From assembly GCA_038087875.1 (NCBI GenBank), contig JAXLNO010000500.1, positions 1 to 36,426 on the forward strand: a stretch of DNA of 36,426 bases. Direction: 5' to 3'. Shown here in pieces: positions 21,903 through 34,600 of this stretch. The DNA is from Malacoraja senta (lineage: Eukaryota). The translations under genes and the position numbers were made by a program. Position 1 is the first letter of the stretch, and each line of letters opens with the position of its first letter. A model generated the notes under the pieces. That model made no database searches. It saw only the letters and a list, made by a program, of their open reading frames with translations, and was not told the origin of the DNA.

Positions 21903-22377
21903 GGAGGCAACGGTGGCTGACAAGATAAGTTAGGGATAGAATAAAACTAAATGAAAAGATGTATAACTAGCAAAGAGTACCCGGAAGCCAGAGGATTGAG
22001 AAACTTTCATAGGACAACAGAAATAAACAAATCGGGCTATACGGCTGAAAAGAAGAACTACGAAGGGAAGCTGGCCAGGAATATAAAGGAGGACAGTAAA
22101 AGCTTCTTTAGATATGTTAAGGGTAAAAGAGTAGCAAAGTCAAATGTGGGTCCCTTGAAGGCAGACACGGGTGAAATTATTAAGGGTAACAAGGAAATGG
22201 CATAAGAGTTGAACAGGTACTTCGTATCTGTCTTTACTGAGAAAGACACAAACAATCTCCCAGATGTACTGTAGGACAGAGGATAGAGGAACTGAGGGGG
22301 TAGAGGAACTGAAATACATTTTCATTAGGCGAGAAATAGTATTGGGTATGCTAATGGGTCTGAAGGTTGATAAATCC
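21903..22377 (+). mobile_element. Older CR1 LINE ORF2 fragment (region upstream of the RT domain)
   Basis: YEGKLARNIKEDSKSFFRYVKGKRVAKSNVGPLK...IVLGMLMGLKVDKS; a diverged homologue of 13048-13488 with stop codons. Confidence 0.9.
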
Positions 22378-22674
22378 AGGGGACATGACTTGAGAATTAA
22401 GGGACAGAAGTTTAGGGGTAACATGAGGGGGAACTTCTTTACTCAGAGAGTGGTGGCTGTGTGGAATGAGCTTCCAGTGAAGGTGGTGGAGGTAGGTTCG
22501 TTTTTATCATTTAAAAATGAATTGGATAGTTATATGGACGGGAAAGGAATGGAGGGTTATGGTCTGAGCGCATGTATATGGGACTACGGTGGAATACGTG
22601 TTCGGCACGGACTAGTAGGGTCGAGATGGCCTGTTTCCGTGCTGTAATTGTTATATGGTTATATGGATATATGG
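22378..22674 (+). mobile_element. CR1 3' end of a different subfamily, with a (TTATATGG)3 tail
   Basis: RGHDLRIKGQKFRGNMRGNFFTQRVVAVWNELP is a CR1 ORF2 C-terminus. The 3' UTR ...ggcctgtttccgtgctgta is followed by the tail at 22651-22674. Confidence 0.9.
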
Positions 22675-25600
22675 TCGCCACAAATCCGACAAGGTCGTCA
22701 TAAATCCGGCAAGGTCGCCTCAAATCCGGCAAGGTCGCCATATTTCCGGCAAAGTCGCCATAAATCCGGCAAGGTCGCCACAAATCCGGCAAGGTCCCCA
22801 TATTTCCAGCAAGGTCGCAATATTTCCGGCAAGGTCGCCACAAATCCGGCAAGGTCGCCATTTTCCGGCAAGGTTCGCCATAAATCCGGCAAGGTCGCCA
22901 TATTTCCGGCAAGGTCGCAAAAAATCCGGCAATGTCGCCGCAAATCCGGCAAGGTCACCATATTCCGGCAAGTTCGCCATAAATGCGGCAAGGTCGCCAT
23001 ATTTCCGGCAATGTCGCCAAAATCCGGCAATGTCGCCGCAAATCCGGCAAGGTCGCCATATTCCGGCAAGTTCGCCATAAATCCGGCAAGGTCGTCATAT
23101 TTCCGGCAAGGTCGCCACAAATCCGACAACGTCGTCATAAATCCGGCAAGGTCGCCTCAAATCCGGCAAGGTCGCCATAAATCCGGCAAGGTCGCCATAT
23201 TTTCCGGCAAGGTCGCAATAAATCCGGCAAGGTTGCCGCACATCCGGCAAGGTCGCCATATTTCCGGCAAGGTCGCCAAAAATCCGGCAAGGTCCCCATA
23301 TTTCCAGCAAGGTCGCAATATTTCCGGCAAGGTCGCCACAAATCCGGCAAGGTCGCCATATTTCTGGCAAGGTCGCCATAAATCCGGCAAGGTCGCCATA
23401 TTTTCCGGCAAGGTGGCCAAAAATCCGGCAATGTCGCCGCAAATCCGGCAAGGTCACCATATTCCGGCAAGTTCGCCATAAATCCGGCAAGGTCGCCATA
23501 TTTCCGGCAAGGTCGCCACAAATCCGGCAAGGTATCCATAAATCCGGCGAGGTCGCCATATTTCCGGCAAGGTCGCCACAAATCCGGCAAGGTTGCCAAA
23601 ATCCGGCAATGTCGCCGCAAATCCGGCAAGGTCGCCATATTCCGGCAAGTTCGCCATAAATCCGGCAAGGTCGCCATATTCCGGCAAGTTCGCCATAAAT
23701 CCAGCAAGGTCGCCATATTTCCGGCAAGTTCGCCACAAATCTGACAAGGTCGTCATGAATCCGGCAAGGTCGCCTCAAATCCGGCAAGGTCGCCATAAAT
23801 CCGGCAAGGTCGCCATATTTCCGGCAAGGTCGCCATATTTCCGGCAAGGTCGCCATATATCCGGCAAGGTCGCCATAAATCCGAGAAGGTCGCCATATTT
23901 CCGGCAAGGTCGCAATAAATCCGGCAAGGTTGCCACACATCCGGCAAGGTCGCCATATTTCCGGCAAGGTCGCCAAAAATCCAGCAATGTCGCCGCAAAT
24001 CCGGCAAGGTCGCCATATTCCGGCAAGTTCGCCATAAATCCGGCGAGGTCGCCATATTTCCGGCAAGGTCGACATAAATCCGGCAAGGTCGCCATAAATC
24101 CGACAAGGTCGACATATTTCCGGCAAGGTCGCCACAAATCCGGCAAGGTATCAATAATCCGGCGAGGTCGCCATATTTCCGGCAAGGTCGCCACAAATCC
24201 GGCAAGGTTGCCATAAATCCGGCAAGGTTGCCACAAATCCGGCAAGGTCGCCATATTTCCGGCAAGGTCGCCATAAATCCGTCAAGATCGCCATATTTCC
24301 GGCAAGGTCGCCAAAAATCCGGCAATGTCGCCGCAAATCCGGCAAGGTCGCCATATTCCGGCAAGTTCGCCATATATCCGGCAAGGTCGCCATAAATCCG
24401 GCAAGGTCGCCATATTTCCGGCAAGGTGGCCAAAAATCCGGCAATGTCGCCGCAAATCCGGCAAGGTCACCATATTCCGGCAAGTTCGCCATAAACCCGG
24501 CAAGGTCGCCATATTTCCGGCAAGGTCGCCACAAATCCGGCAAGGTATCCATAAATCCGGCGAGGTCGCCATATTTCCGGCAAGGTCGCCACAAATCCGG
24601 CAAGGTTGCCATAAAACGGCAAGGTCGCCACAAATCCGGCAAGGTCGCCATATTTCCGGCAAGGTCGCCATAAATCCGGCAAGGTCGCCATATTTCCGGA
24701 AAGGTAGCCAAAAATCCGGCAATGTCGCCGCAAATCCGGCAAGGTCGCCATATTCCGGCAAGTTCGCCATAAATCCGGCAAGGTCGCCATATTCCGGCAA
24801 GTTCGCCATAAATCCGGCAAGGTCGCCATATTTCCGGCAAGTTCGCCACAAATCCGACAAGGTCGTCATGAATCCGGCAAGGTCGCCTCAAATCCGGCAA
24901 GGTCGCCATAAATCCGGCAAGGTCGCCATATTTCCGGCAAGGTCGCCATATTTCCGGCAAGGTCGCCATATATCCGGCAAGGTCGCCATAAATCCGAGAA
25001 GGTCGCCATATTTCCGGCAAGGTCGCAATAAATCCGGCAAGGTTGCCACACATCCGGCAAGGTCGCCATATTTCCGGCAAGGTCGCCAAAAATCCAGCAA
25101 TGTCGCCGCAAATCCGGCAAGGTCGCCATATTCCGGCAAGTTCGCCATAAATCCGGCGAGGTCGCCATATTTCCGGCAAGGTCGACATAAATCCGGCAAG
25201 GTCGCCATAAATCCGACAAGGTCGACATATTTCCGGCAAGGTCGCCACAAATCCGGCAAGGTATCCATAAATCCGGCGAGGTCGCCATATTTCCGGCAAG
25301 GTCGCCACAAATCCGGAAAGGTTGCCATAAATCCGGCAAGGTCGCCACAAATCCGGCAAGGTCGCCATATTTCCGGCAAGGTCGCCATAAATCCGTCAAG
25401 ATCGCCATATTTCCGGCAAGGTCGCCAAAAATCAGGCAATGTCGCCGCAAATCCGGCAAGGTCGCCATATTCCGGCAAGTTCGCCATATATCCGGCAAGG
25501 TCGCCATATTTCCAGCAAGGTCGCCAAAAATCCGGCAATGTCGCCGCAAATCCGGCAAGGTCGCCTTATTCCGGCAAGTTGGCCATAAATCCGGCAAGGT

Positions 25601-28600
25601 CGCCACAAATCCGACAAGGTTGTCATAAATCCGGCAAGGTCGCCTCAAATCCGGCAAGGTCGCCATATTTCGGCAAGGTCGCAATAAATCCGGCAAGGTT
25701 GCCACACATCCGGCAAGGTCGCCATATTTCCAGCAAGGTCGCCATAAATCCGGGAAGGTCGCCACAAATCCGGCGAGTTGCCATATTTCCGGCAAGGTCG
25801 CCATAAATCCGGCAAGTTCAGCACAAATCCGGCGAGGTCGCCATATTTCAGGCAAGGTCGCCATAAATCCGACAAGGTCGCCACAAATCCGACGAGGTCG
25901 CCATATTTCAGGCAAGGTCGCCACAAATCCGACAAGGTCGTCATAAATCCGGCAAGGTCGCCTCAAATCCGGCAAGGTCGCCATATTTCAGGCAAAGTCG
26001 CCATAAATCCGGCAAGGTCGCCACAAATCCGGCAAGGTCCCCATATTTCGAGCAAGGTCGCAATATTTCCGGCAAGGTGGCCACAAATCCGGCAAGGTCG
26101 CCATATTTCCGGCAAGGTCGCCATAAATCCGGCAAGGTCGCACACAAATCCGGCAAGGTCGCAATATTTCCGGCAATATCGCCATATATCCGGCAAGTTC
26201 GCCATAAATCCGGCAAGGTCGCCATATTTCCGGCAAGGTCGCCATATTTCCGGCAAGGTCGCCATAAATCCGGCAAGGTCGCCATATTTCCGGCAAGGTA
26301 GCCAAAAATCCGGCAAGGTCGCCATAAATCCGTCAAGGTCACCATATTTCCGGCAAGGTCGCCAAAAATCCGGCAATGCCGCCGCAAATCCGGCAAGGTC
26401 GCAATAAATCCGGCAAGGTTGCCACACATCCGGCAAGGTCGCCATATTTCCGGCAAGGTCGCCAAAAATCCAGCAATGTCGCCGCAAATCCGGCAAGGTC
26501 GCCATATTCCGGCAAGTTCGCCATAAATCCGGCGAGGTCGCCATATTTCCGGCAAGGTCGACATAAATCCGGCAAGGTCGCCATAAATCCGACAAGGTCG
26601 ACATATTTTCCGGCAAGGTCGCCACAAATCCGGCAAGGTATCCATAAATCGGCGAAGTCGCCATATTTTCCGGCAAGGTCGCCACAAATCCGGCAAGGTT
26701 GCCATAAATCTGGCAAGGTCGCCACAAATCCGGCAAGGTCGCCATATTTCCGGCAAGGTCGCCATAAATCCGTCAAGATCGCCATATTTCCGGCAAGGTC
26801 GCCAAAAATTCGGCATGTCCGCCGCAAATCCGGCAAGGTCGCCATATTCCGGCAAGTTCGCCATATATCCGGCAAGGTCGCCATATTTCCAGCAAGGTCG
26901 CCAAAAATCCGGCAATGTCGCCGCGAATCCGGCAAGGTCGCCATATTCCGGCAAGTTGGCCATAAATCCGTCAAGGTCGCCATATTTCCGGCAAGGTCGC
27001 CACAAATCCGACAGGTTGTCATAAATCCGGCAGGTCGCCTCAAATCCGGCAAGGTCGCCATATTTCCGGCAAGGTCGCAATAAATCCGGCAAGGTTGCCA
27101 CACATCCGGCAAGGTCGCCATATTTCCAGCAAGGTCGCCATAAATCCGGGAAGGTCGCCACAAATCCGGCGAGGTAGCCATATTTCCGGCAAGGTCGCCA
27201 TAAATCCGGCAAGTTCAGCACAAATCCGGCGAGGTCGCCATATTTCAGGCAAGGTCGCCATAAATCCGACAAGGTCGCCACAAATCGCGAGGTCGCCATA
27301 TTTCCGGCAAGGTCGCCACAAATCCGACAAGGTCGTCATAAATCCGGCAAGGTCGCCTCCAATCCGGCAAGGTCTCAATATTTCAGGCAAACTCGCCATA
27401 AATCCGGCAAGGTCGCCACAAATCCGGCAAGGCCCCATATTTCGAGCAAGGTCGCAATATTTCCGGCAAGGTGGCCACAAATCCGGCAGTCGCCATATTT
27501 CCGGCAAGGTCGCCATAAATCCGGCAAGGTCGCCACAAATCCGGCAAGGTCGCAATATTTCCGGCAATATCGCCATATATCCGGCAAGTTCGCCATAAAT
27601 CCGGCAAGGTCGCCATATTTCCGGCAAGGTCGCCACAAATCCGACAAGGTCGTCATAAATCCGGCAAGGTCGCCTCAAATCCGGCAAGGTCGCCGCAAAT
27701 CCGGCAAGGTCGCCATATTCCGGCAAGTTCGCCATAAATCCGGCGAGGTCGCCATATTTCCGGCAAGGTCGACATAAATCCGGCAAGGTCGACATAAATC
27801 CGACAATGTCGCCGCAAATCCGGCAAGGTCGCCATATTCCGGCAAGTTCGCCATAAATCCGGCGAGGTCGCCATAAATCCGACAAGGTCGACATATTTCC
27901 AGCAAGGTCGCCACAAATCCGGGCAAGGTTGCCATAAATCCGGCAAGGTCGCCACAAATCCGGCAAGGTCGCCATATTTCCGGCAAGGTCGCCATAAATC
28001 CGGCAAGGTCGCCATATTTCCGGCAGGTAGCCAAAATCCGGCAAGGTCGCCATAAATCCGTCAAGGTCGCCATATTTCCGGCAAGTTCGCCAAAAATCCG
28101 GCAATGTCGCCGCAAATCCGGCAAGGTCGCCATATTCCGGCAAGTTCGCCATAAATCCGGCAAGGTCGCCATATTTCCAGCAAGGTCGCCAAAAATCCGG
28201 CAATGTCGCCGCAAATCCGGCAAGGTCGCCATATTCCGTCAAATTCGCAATAAATCTGGCAAGGTCGCCATATTTCCGGCAAGGTCGCCACAAATCCGAC
28301 AAGGTTGTCATAAATCCGGCAAGGTCGCCTCAAATCCGGCAAGGTCGCCATAAATCCGGCAAGGTCGCTATATTTCCGGCAAGGTCGCAATAAATCCGGC
28401 AAGGTTGCCACACATCCGGCAAGGTCGCCATATTTCCGGCAAGGTCGCCAAAAATCCGGCAATGTCGCCGCAAATCCGGCAAGGTCGCCATATTCCGGCA
28501 AGTTCGCCATAAATCCGGCGAGGTCGCCATATTTCCGGCAAGGTCGCCATAAATCCGGCAAGGTCGCCATAAATCCGACAAGGTCGCCATATTTCCGGCA

Positions 28601-31600
28601 AGGTCGCAATAAATCTGGCAAGGTTGCCACACATCCGGCAAGGTCGCCATATTTCCGGCAAGGTCGCCAAAAATCCGGCAATGTCGCCGCAAATCCGGCA
28701 AGGTCGCCATATTCCGGCAAGTTCGCCATAAATCCGGCGAGGTCGCCATATTTCCGGCAAGGTCGACATAAATCCGGCAAGGTCGCCATAAATCCGTCAA
28801 GGTCGCCATATTTCCGGCAAGGTCGCCACAAATCCGGCAAGGTATCCATAAATCCGGCGAGGTCGCCATATTTCCGGCAAGGTCGCCACAAATCCGGCAA
28901 GGTTGCCATAAATCCGGCAAGGTCGCCACAAATCCGGCAAGGTCGCCATATTTCCGGCAAGGTCGCCATAAATCCGTCAAGGTCGCCATATTTACGACAA
29001 GGTCGTCAAAAATCCTGCAATGTCGCCGCAAATCCGGCAAGGTCGCCATATTTCCGGCAAGGTCGCCATATTTCCGGCAAGGTTGCAATAAATCCGGCAA
29101 GGTTGCCACACATCCGGCAAGGTCGCCATATTTCCGGCAAGGTCGCCATAAATCCGGGAAGGTCGCCACAAATCCGGCGAGGTCGCCATATTTTCGGCAA
29201 GGTCGACATAAATCCGGCAAGGTCGCCATAAATCCGACAAGGTCGACATATTTCCGGCAAGGTCGCCACAAATCCGGCAATGTCGCCGCAAATCCGGCAA
29301 GGTCGCCATATTCCGGCAAGTTCGCCATAAGCCATAAATCCGGCGAGGTCGCCATATTTCCGGCAAGGTCGACATAAATCCGGCAAGGTCGCCATAAATC
29401 CGTCAAGGTCGCCATATTTCCGGCAAGGTCGCCACAAATCCGGCAAGGTATCCATAAATCCGGCGAGGTCGCCATATTTCCGGCAAGGTCGCCACAAATC
29501 CGGCAAGGTTGCCATAAATCCGGCAAGGTCGCCACAAATCCGGCAAGGTCGCCATATTTCCGGCAAGGTCGCCATAAATCCGTCAAGGTCGCCATATTTA
29601 CGACAAGGTCGTCAAAAATCCTGCAATGTCGCCGCAAATCCGGCAAGGTCGCCATATTTCCGGCAAGGTCGCCATATTTCCGGCAAGGTTGCAATAAATC
29701 CGGCAAGGTTGCCACACATCCGGCAAGGTCGCCATATTTCCGGCAAGGTCGCCATAAATCCGGGAAGGTCGCCACAAATCCGGCGAGGTCGCCATATTTC
29801 CGGCAAGGTCGCCACAAATCCGGCAAGGTTGCCATAAATCCGGCAAGGTCGCCACAAATCCGGCAAGGTCGCCATATTTCCGGCAAGGTCGCCATAAATC
29901 CGGCAAGGTCGCCATATTTCCGGCAAGGTAGCCAAAAATCCGGCAAGGTCGCCATAAATCCGTCAAGGTCGCCATATTTCCGGCAAGTTCGCCAAAAATC
30001 CGGCAATGTCGCCGCAAATCCGGCAAGGTCGCCATATTCCGGCAAGTTCGCCATAAATCCGGCAAGGTCGCCATATTTCCAGCAAGGTCGCCAAAAATCC
30101 GGCAATGTCGCCGCAAATCCGGCAAGGTCGCCATATTCCGTCAAATTCGCAATAAATCTGGCAAGGTCGCCATATTTCCGGCAAGGTCGCCACAAATCCG
30201 ACAAGGTTGTCATAAATCCGGCAAGGTCGCCTCAAATCCGGCAAGGTCGCCATAAATCCGGCAAGGTCGCTATATTTCCGGCAAGGTCGCAATAAATCCG
30301 GCAAGGTTGCCACACATCCGGCAAGGTCGCCATATTTCCGGCAAGGTCGCCAAAAATCCGGCAATGTCGCCGCAAATCCGGCAAGGTCGCCATATTCCGG
30401 CAAGTTCGCCATAAATCCGGCGAGGTCGCCATATTTCCGGCAAGGTCGCCATAAATCCGGCAAGGTCGCCATAAATCCGACAAGGTCGCCATATTTCCGG
30501 CAAGGTCGCAATAAATCTGGCAAGGTTGCCACACATCCGGCAAGGTCGCCATATTTCCGGCAAGGTCGCCAAAAATCCGGCAATGTCGCCGCAAATCCGG
30601 CAAGGTCGCCATATTCCGGCAAGTTCGCCATAAATCCGGCGAGGTCGCCATATTTCCGGCAAGGTCGACATAAATCCGGCAAGGTCGCCATAAATCCGTC
30701 AAGGTCGCCATATTTCCGGCAAGGTCGCCACAAATCCGGCAAGGTATCCATAAATCCGGCGAGGTCGCCATATTTCCGGCAAGGTCGCCACAAATCCGGC
30801 AAGGTTGCCATAAATCCGGCAAGGTCGCCACAAATCCGGCAAGGTCGCCATATTTCCGGCAAGGTCGCCATAAATCCGTCAAGGTCGCCATATTTACGAC
30901 AAGGTCGTCAAAAATCCTGCAATGTCGCCGCAAATCCGGCAAGGTCGCCATATTTCCGGCAAGGTCGCCATATTTCCGGCAAGGTTGCAATAAATCCGGC
31001 AAGGTTGCCACACATCCGGCAAGGTCGCCATATTTCCGGCAAGGTCGCCATAAATCCGGGAAGGTCGCCACAAATCCGGCGAGGTCGCCATATTTTCGGC
31101 AAGGTCGACATAAATCCGGCAAGGTCGCCATAAATCCGACAAGGTCGACATATTTCCGGCAAGGTCGCCACAAATCCGGCAATGTCGCCGCAAATCCGGC
31201 AAGGTCGCCATATTCCGGCAAGTTCGCCATAAATCCGGCGAGGTCGCCATATTTCCGGCAAGGTCGACATAAATCCGGCAAGGTCGCCATAAATCCGTCA
31301 AGGTCGCCATATTTCCGGCAAGGTCGCCACAAATCCGGCAAGGTATCCATAAATCCGGCGAGGTCGCCATATTTCCGGCAAGGTCGCCACAAATCCGGCA
31401 AGGTTGCCATAAATCCGGCAAGGTCGCCACAAATCCGGCAAGGTCGCCATATTTCCGGCAAGGTCGCCATAAATCCGTCAAGGTCGCCATATTTACGACA
31501 AGGTCGTCAAAAATCCTGCAATGTCGCCGCAAATCCGGCAAGGTCGCCATATTTCCGGCAAGGTCGCCATATTTCCGGCAAGGTTGCAATAAATCCGGCA

Positions 31601-34600
31601 AGGTTGCCACACATCCGGCAAGGTCGCCATATTTCCGGCAAGGTCGCCATAAATCCGGGAAGGTCGCCACAAATCCGGCGAGGTCGCCATATTTCCGGCA
31701 AGGTCGACATAAATCCGGCAAGGTCGCCATAAATCCGACAAGGTCGACATATTTCCGGCAATGTCGCCACAAATCCGGCAAGGTATCCATAAATCCGGCG
31801 AGGTCGCCATATTTCCGGCAAGGTCGCCACAAATCCGGCAAGGTTGCCATATTCCGGCAAGTTCGCCATAAATCCGGCGAGGTCGCCATATTTCCGGCAA
31901 GGTGGACATAAATCCGGCAAGGTCGACATAAATCCGACATGGTCGCCATATTTCCGGCAATGTCGCCACAAATCCGGCAAGGTATCCATAAATTTGGCGA
32001 GGTCGCCATATTTCCGGCAAGGTCTTCAAAAATCCTGCAATGTCGCCGCAAATCCGGCAAGGTCGCCATATTTCCGGCAAGGTCGCCGCAACTCCGGCAA
32101 GGTTGCCATAAATCCGGCAAGGTCGCCACAAATCCGGCAAGGTCGCCATATTCCCGGCAAGGTCGCCATAAATCCGGCAAGGTCGCCATATTTCCGGCAA
32201 GGTAGCTAAAAATCCGGCAATGTCGCCGCAAATCCGGCAAGGTCGCCATATTCCGGCAAGTTCGCCATAAATCCGGCAAGGTCGCCATATTTCCAGCAAG
32301 GTCGCCAAAAATCCGGCAATGTCGCCGCAAATCCGGCAAGGTCGCCATATTCCGTCAAATTCGCAATAAATCTGGCAAGGTCGCCATATTTCCGGCAAGG
32401 TCGCCACAAATCCGACAAGGTTGTCATAAATCCGGCAAGGTCGCCTCAAATCCGGCAAGGTCGCCATAAATCCGGCAAGGTCGCTATATTTCCGGCAAGG
32501 TCGCAATAAATCCGGCAAGGTTGCCACACATCCGGCAAGGTCGCCATATTTCCGGCAAGGTCGCCAAAAATCCGGCAATGTCGCCGCAAATCCGGCAAGG
32601 TCGCCATATTCCGGCAAGTTCGCCATAAATCCGGCGAGGTCGCCATATTTCCGGCAAGGTCGCCATAAATCCGGCAAGGTCGCCATAAATCCGACAAGGC
32701 CGCCATATTTCCGGCAAGGTCGCAATAAATCTGGCAAGGTTGCCACACATCCGGCAAGGTCGCCATATTTCCGGCAAGGTCGCCAAAAATCCGGCAATGT
32801 CGCCGCAAATCCGGCAAGGTCGCCATATTCCGGCAAATTCGCCATAAATCCGGCGAGGTCGCCATATTTCCGGCAAGGTCGCCACAAATCCGGCAAGGTT
32901 GCCATAAATCCGGCAAGGTCGCCACAAATCCGGCAAGGTCGCCATATTTCCGGCAAGGTCGCCATAAATCCGTCAAGGTCGCCATATTTACGACAAGGTC
33001 GTCAAAAATCCTGCAATGTCACCGCAAATCCGGCAAGGTCGCCATATTTCCGGCAAGGTCGCCATATTTCCGGCAAGGTTGCAATAAATCCGGCAAGGTT
33101 GCCACACATCCGGCAAGGTCGCCATATTTCCGGCAAGGTCGCCATAAATCCGGGAAGGTCGCCACAAATCCGGCGAGGTCGCCATATTTCCGGCAAGGTC
33201 GCCAAAAATCCGGCAATGTCGCCGCAAATCCGGCAAGGTCGCCATATTCCGGCAAGTTCGCCATAAATCCGGCGAGGTCGCCATATTTCCGGCAAGGTCG
33301 CCATAAATCCGGCAAGGTCGCCATAAATCCGACAAGGTCGCCATATTTCCGGCAAGGTCGCAATAAATCTGGCAAGGTTGCCACACATCCGGCAAGGTCG
33401 CCATATTTCCGGCAAGGTCGCCAAAAATCCGGCAATGTCGCCGCAAATCCGGCAAGGTCGCCATATTCCGGCAAGTTCGCCATAAATCCGGCGAGGTCGC
33501 CATATTTCCGGCAAGGTCGACATAAATCCGGCAAGGTCGCCATAAATCCGTCAAGGTCGCCATATTTCCGGCAAGGTCGCCACAAATCCGGCAAGGTATC
33601 CATAAATCCGGCGAGGTCGCCATATTTCCGGCAAGGTCGCCACAAATCCGGCAAGGTTGCCATAAATCCGGCAAGGTCGCCACAAATCCGGCAAGGTCGC
33701 CATATTTCCGGCAAGGTCGCCATAAATCCGTCAAGGTCGCCATATTTACGACAAGGTCGTCAAAAATCCTGCAATGTCGCCGCAAATCCGGCAAGGTCGC
33801 CATATTTCCGGCAAGGTCGCCATATTTCGGCAAGGTCGCCATATTCCGGCAAGTTCGCCATAAATCCGGCAAGTTCGCCATATTCCGGCAAGTTCGCCAT
33901 AAATCCGGCAAGGTCGCCATATTTCCGGCAAGTTCGCCACAAATCCGACAAGGTCGTCATGAATCCGGCAAGGTCGCCTCAAATCCGGCAAGGTCGCCAT
34001 AAATCCGGCAGTTCCGGCAAGGTCGCCAAAAATCCGGCAAGGTCGCCATATTTCCGTCAAGGTCGCAGTAAATCCGTCAAGGTCGCCATATTTCCGGCAA
34101 GGTCGCCAAAAATCCGGCAATGTCGCCGCAAATCCGGCATGGTCGCCATATTCCGGCAAGTTCGCCATAAATCCGGCAAGGTCGCCATATTTCCAGCAAG
34201 GTCGCCAAAAATCCGGCAATGTCGCCGCAAATCCGGCAAGGTCGCCATATTCCGGCAAATTCGCCATAAATCCGGCAAGGTCGCCATATTTCCGGCAAGG
34301 TCGCCACAAATCCGACAAGGTTGTCATAAATCCGGCAAGGTCGCCTCAAATCCGCAAGGTCGCCATAAATCCGGCAAGGTCGCCATATTTCCGGCAAGGT
34401 CGCAATAAATCCGGCAAGGTTGCCACACATCCGGCAAGGTCGCCATATTTCCGGCAAGGTCGCCAAAAATCCGGCAATGTCGCCGCAAATCCGGCAAGGT
34501 CGCCATATTCCGGCAAGTTCGCCATAAATCCGGCGAGGTCGCCATATTTTCCGGCAAGGTCGCCATAAATCCGGCAAGGTCGCCATAAATCCGACAAGGT

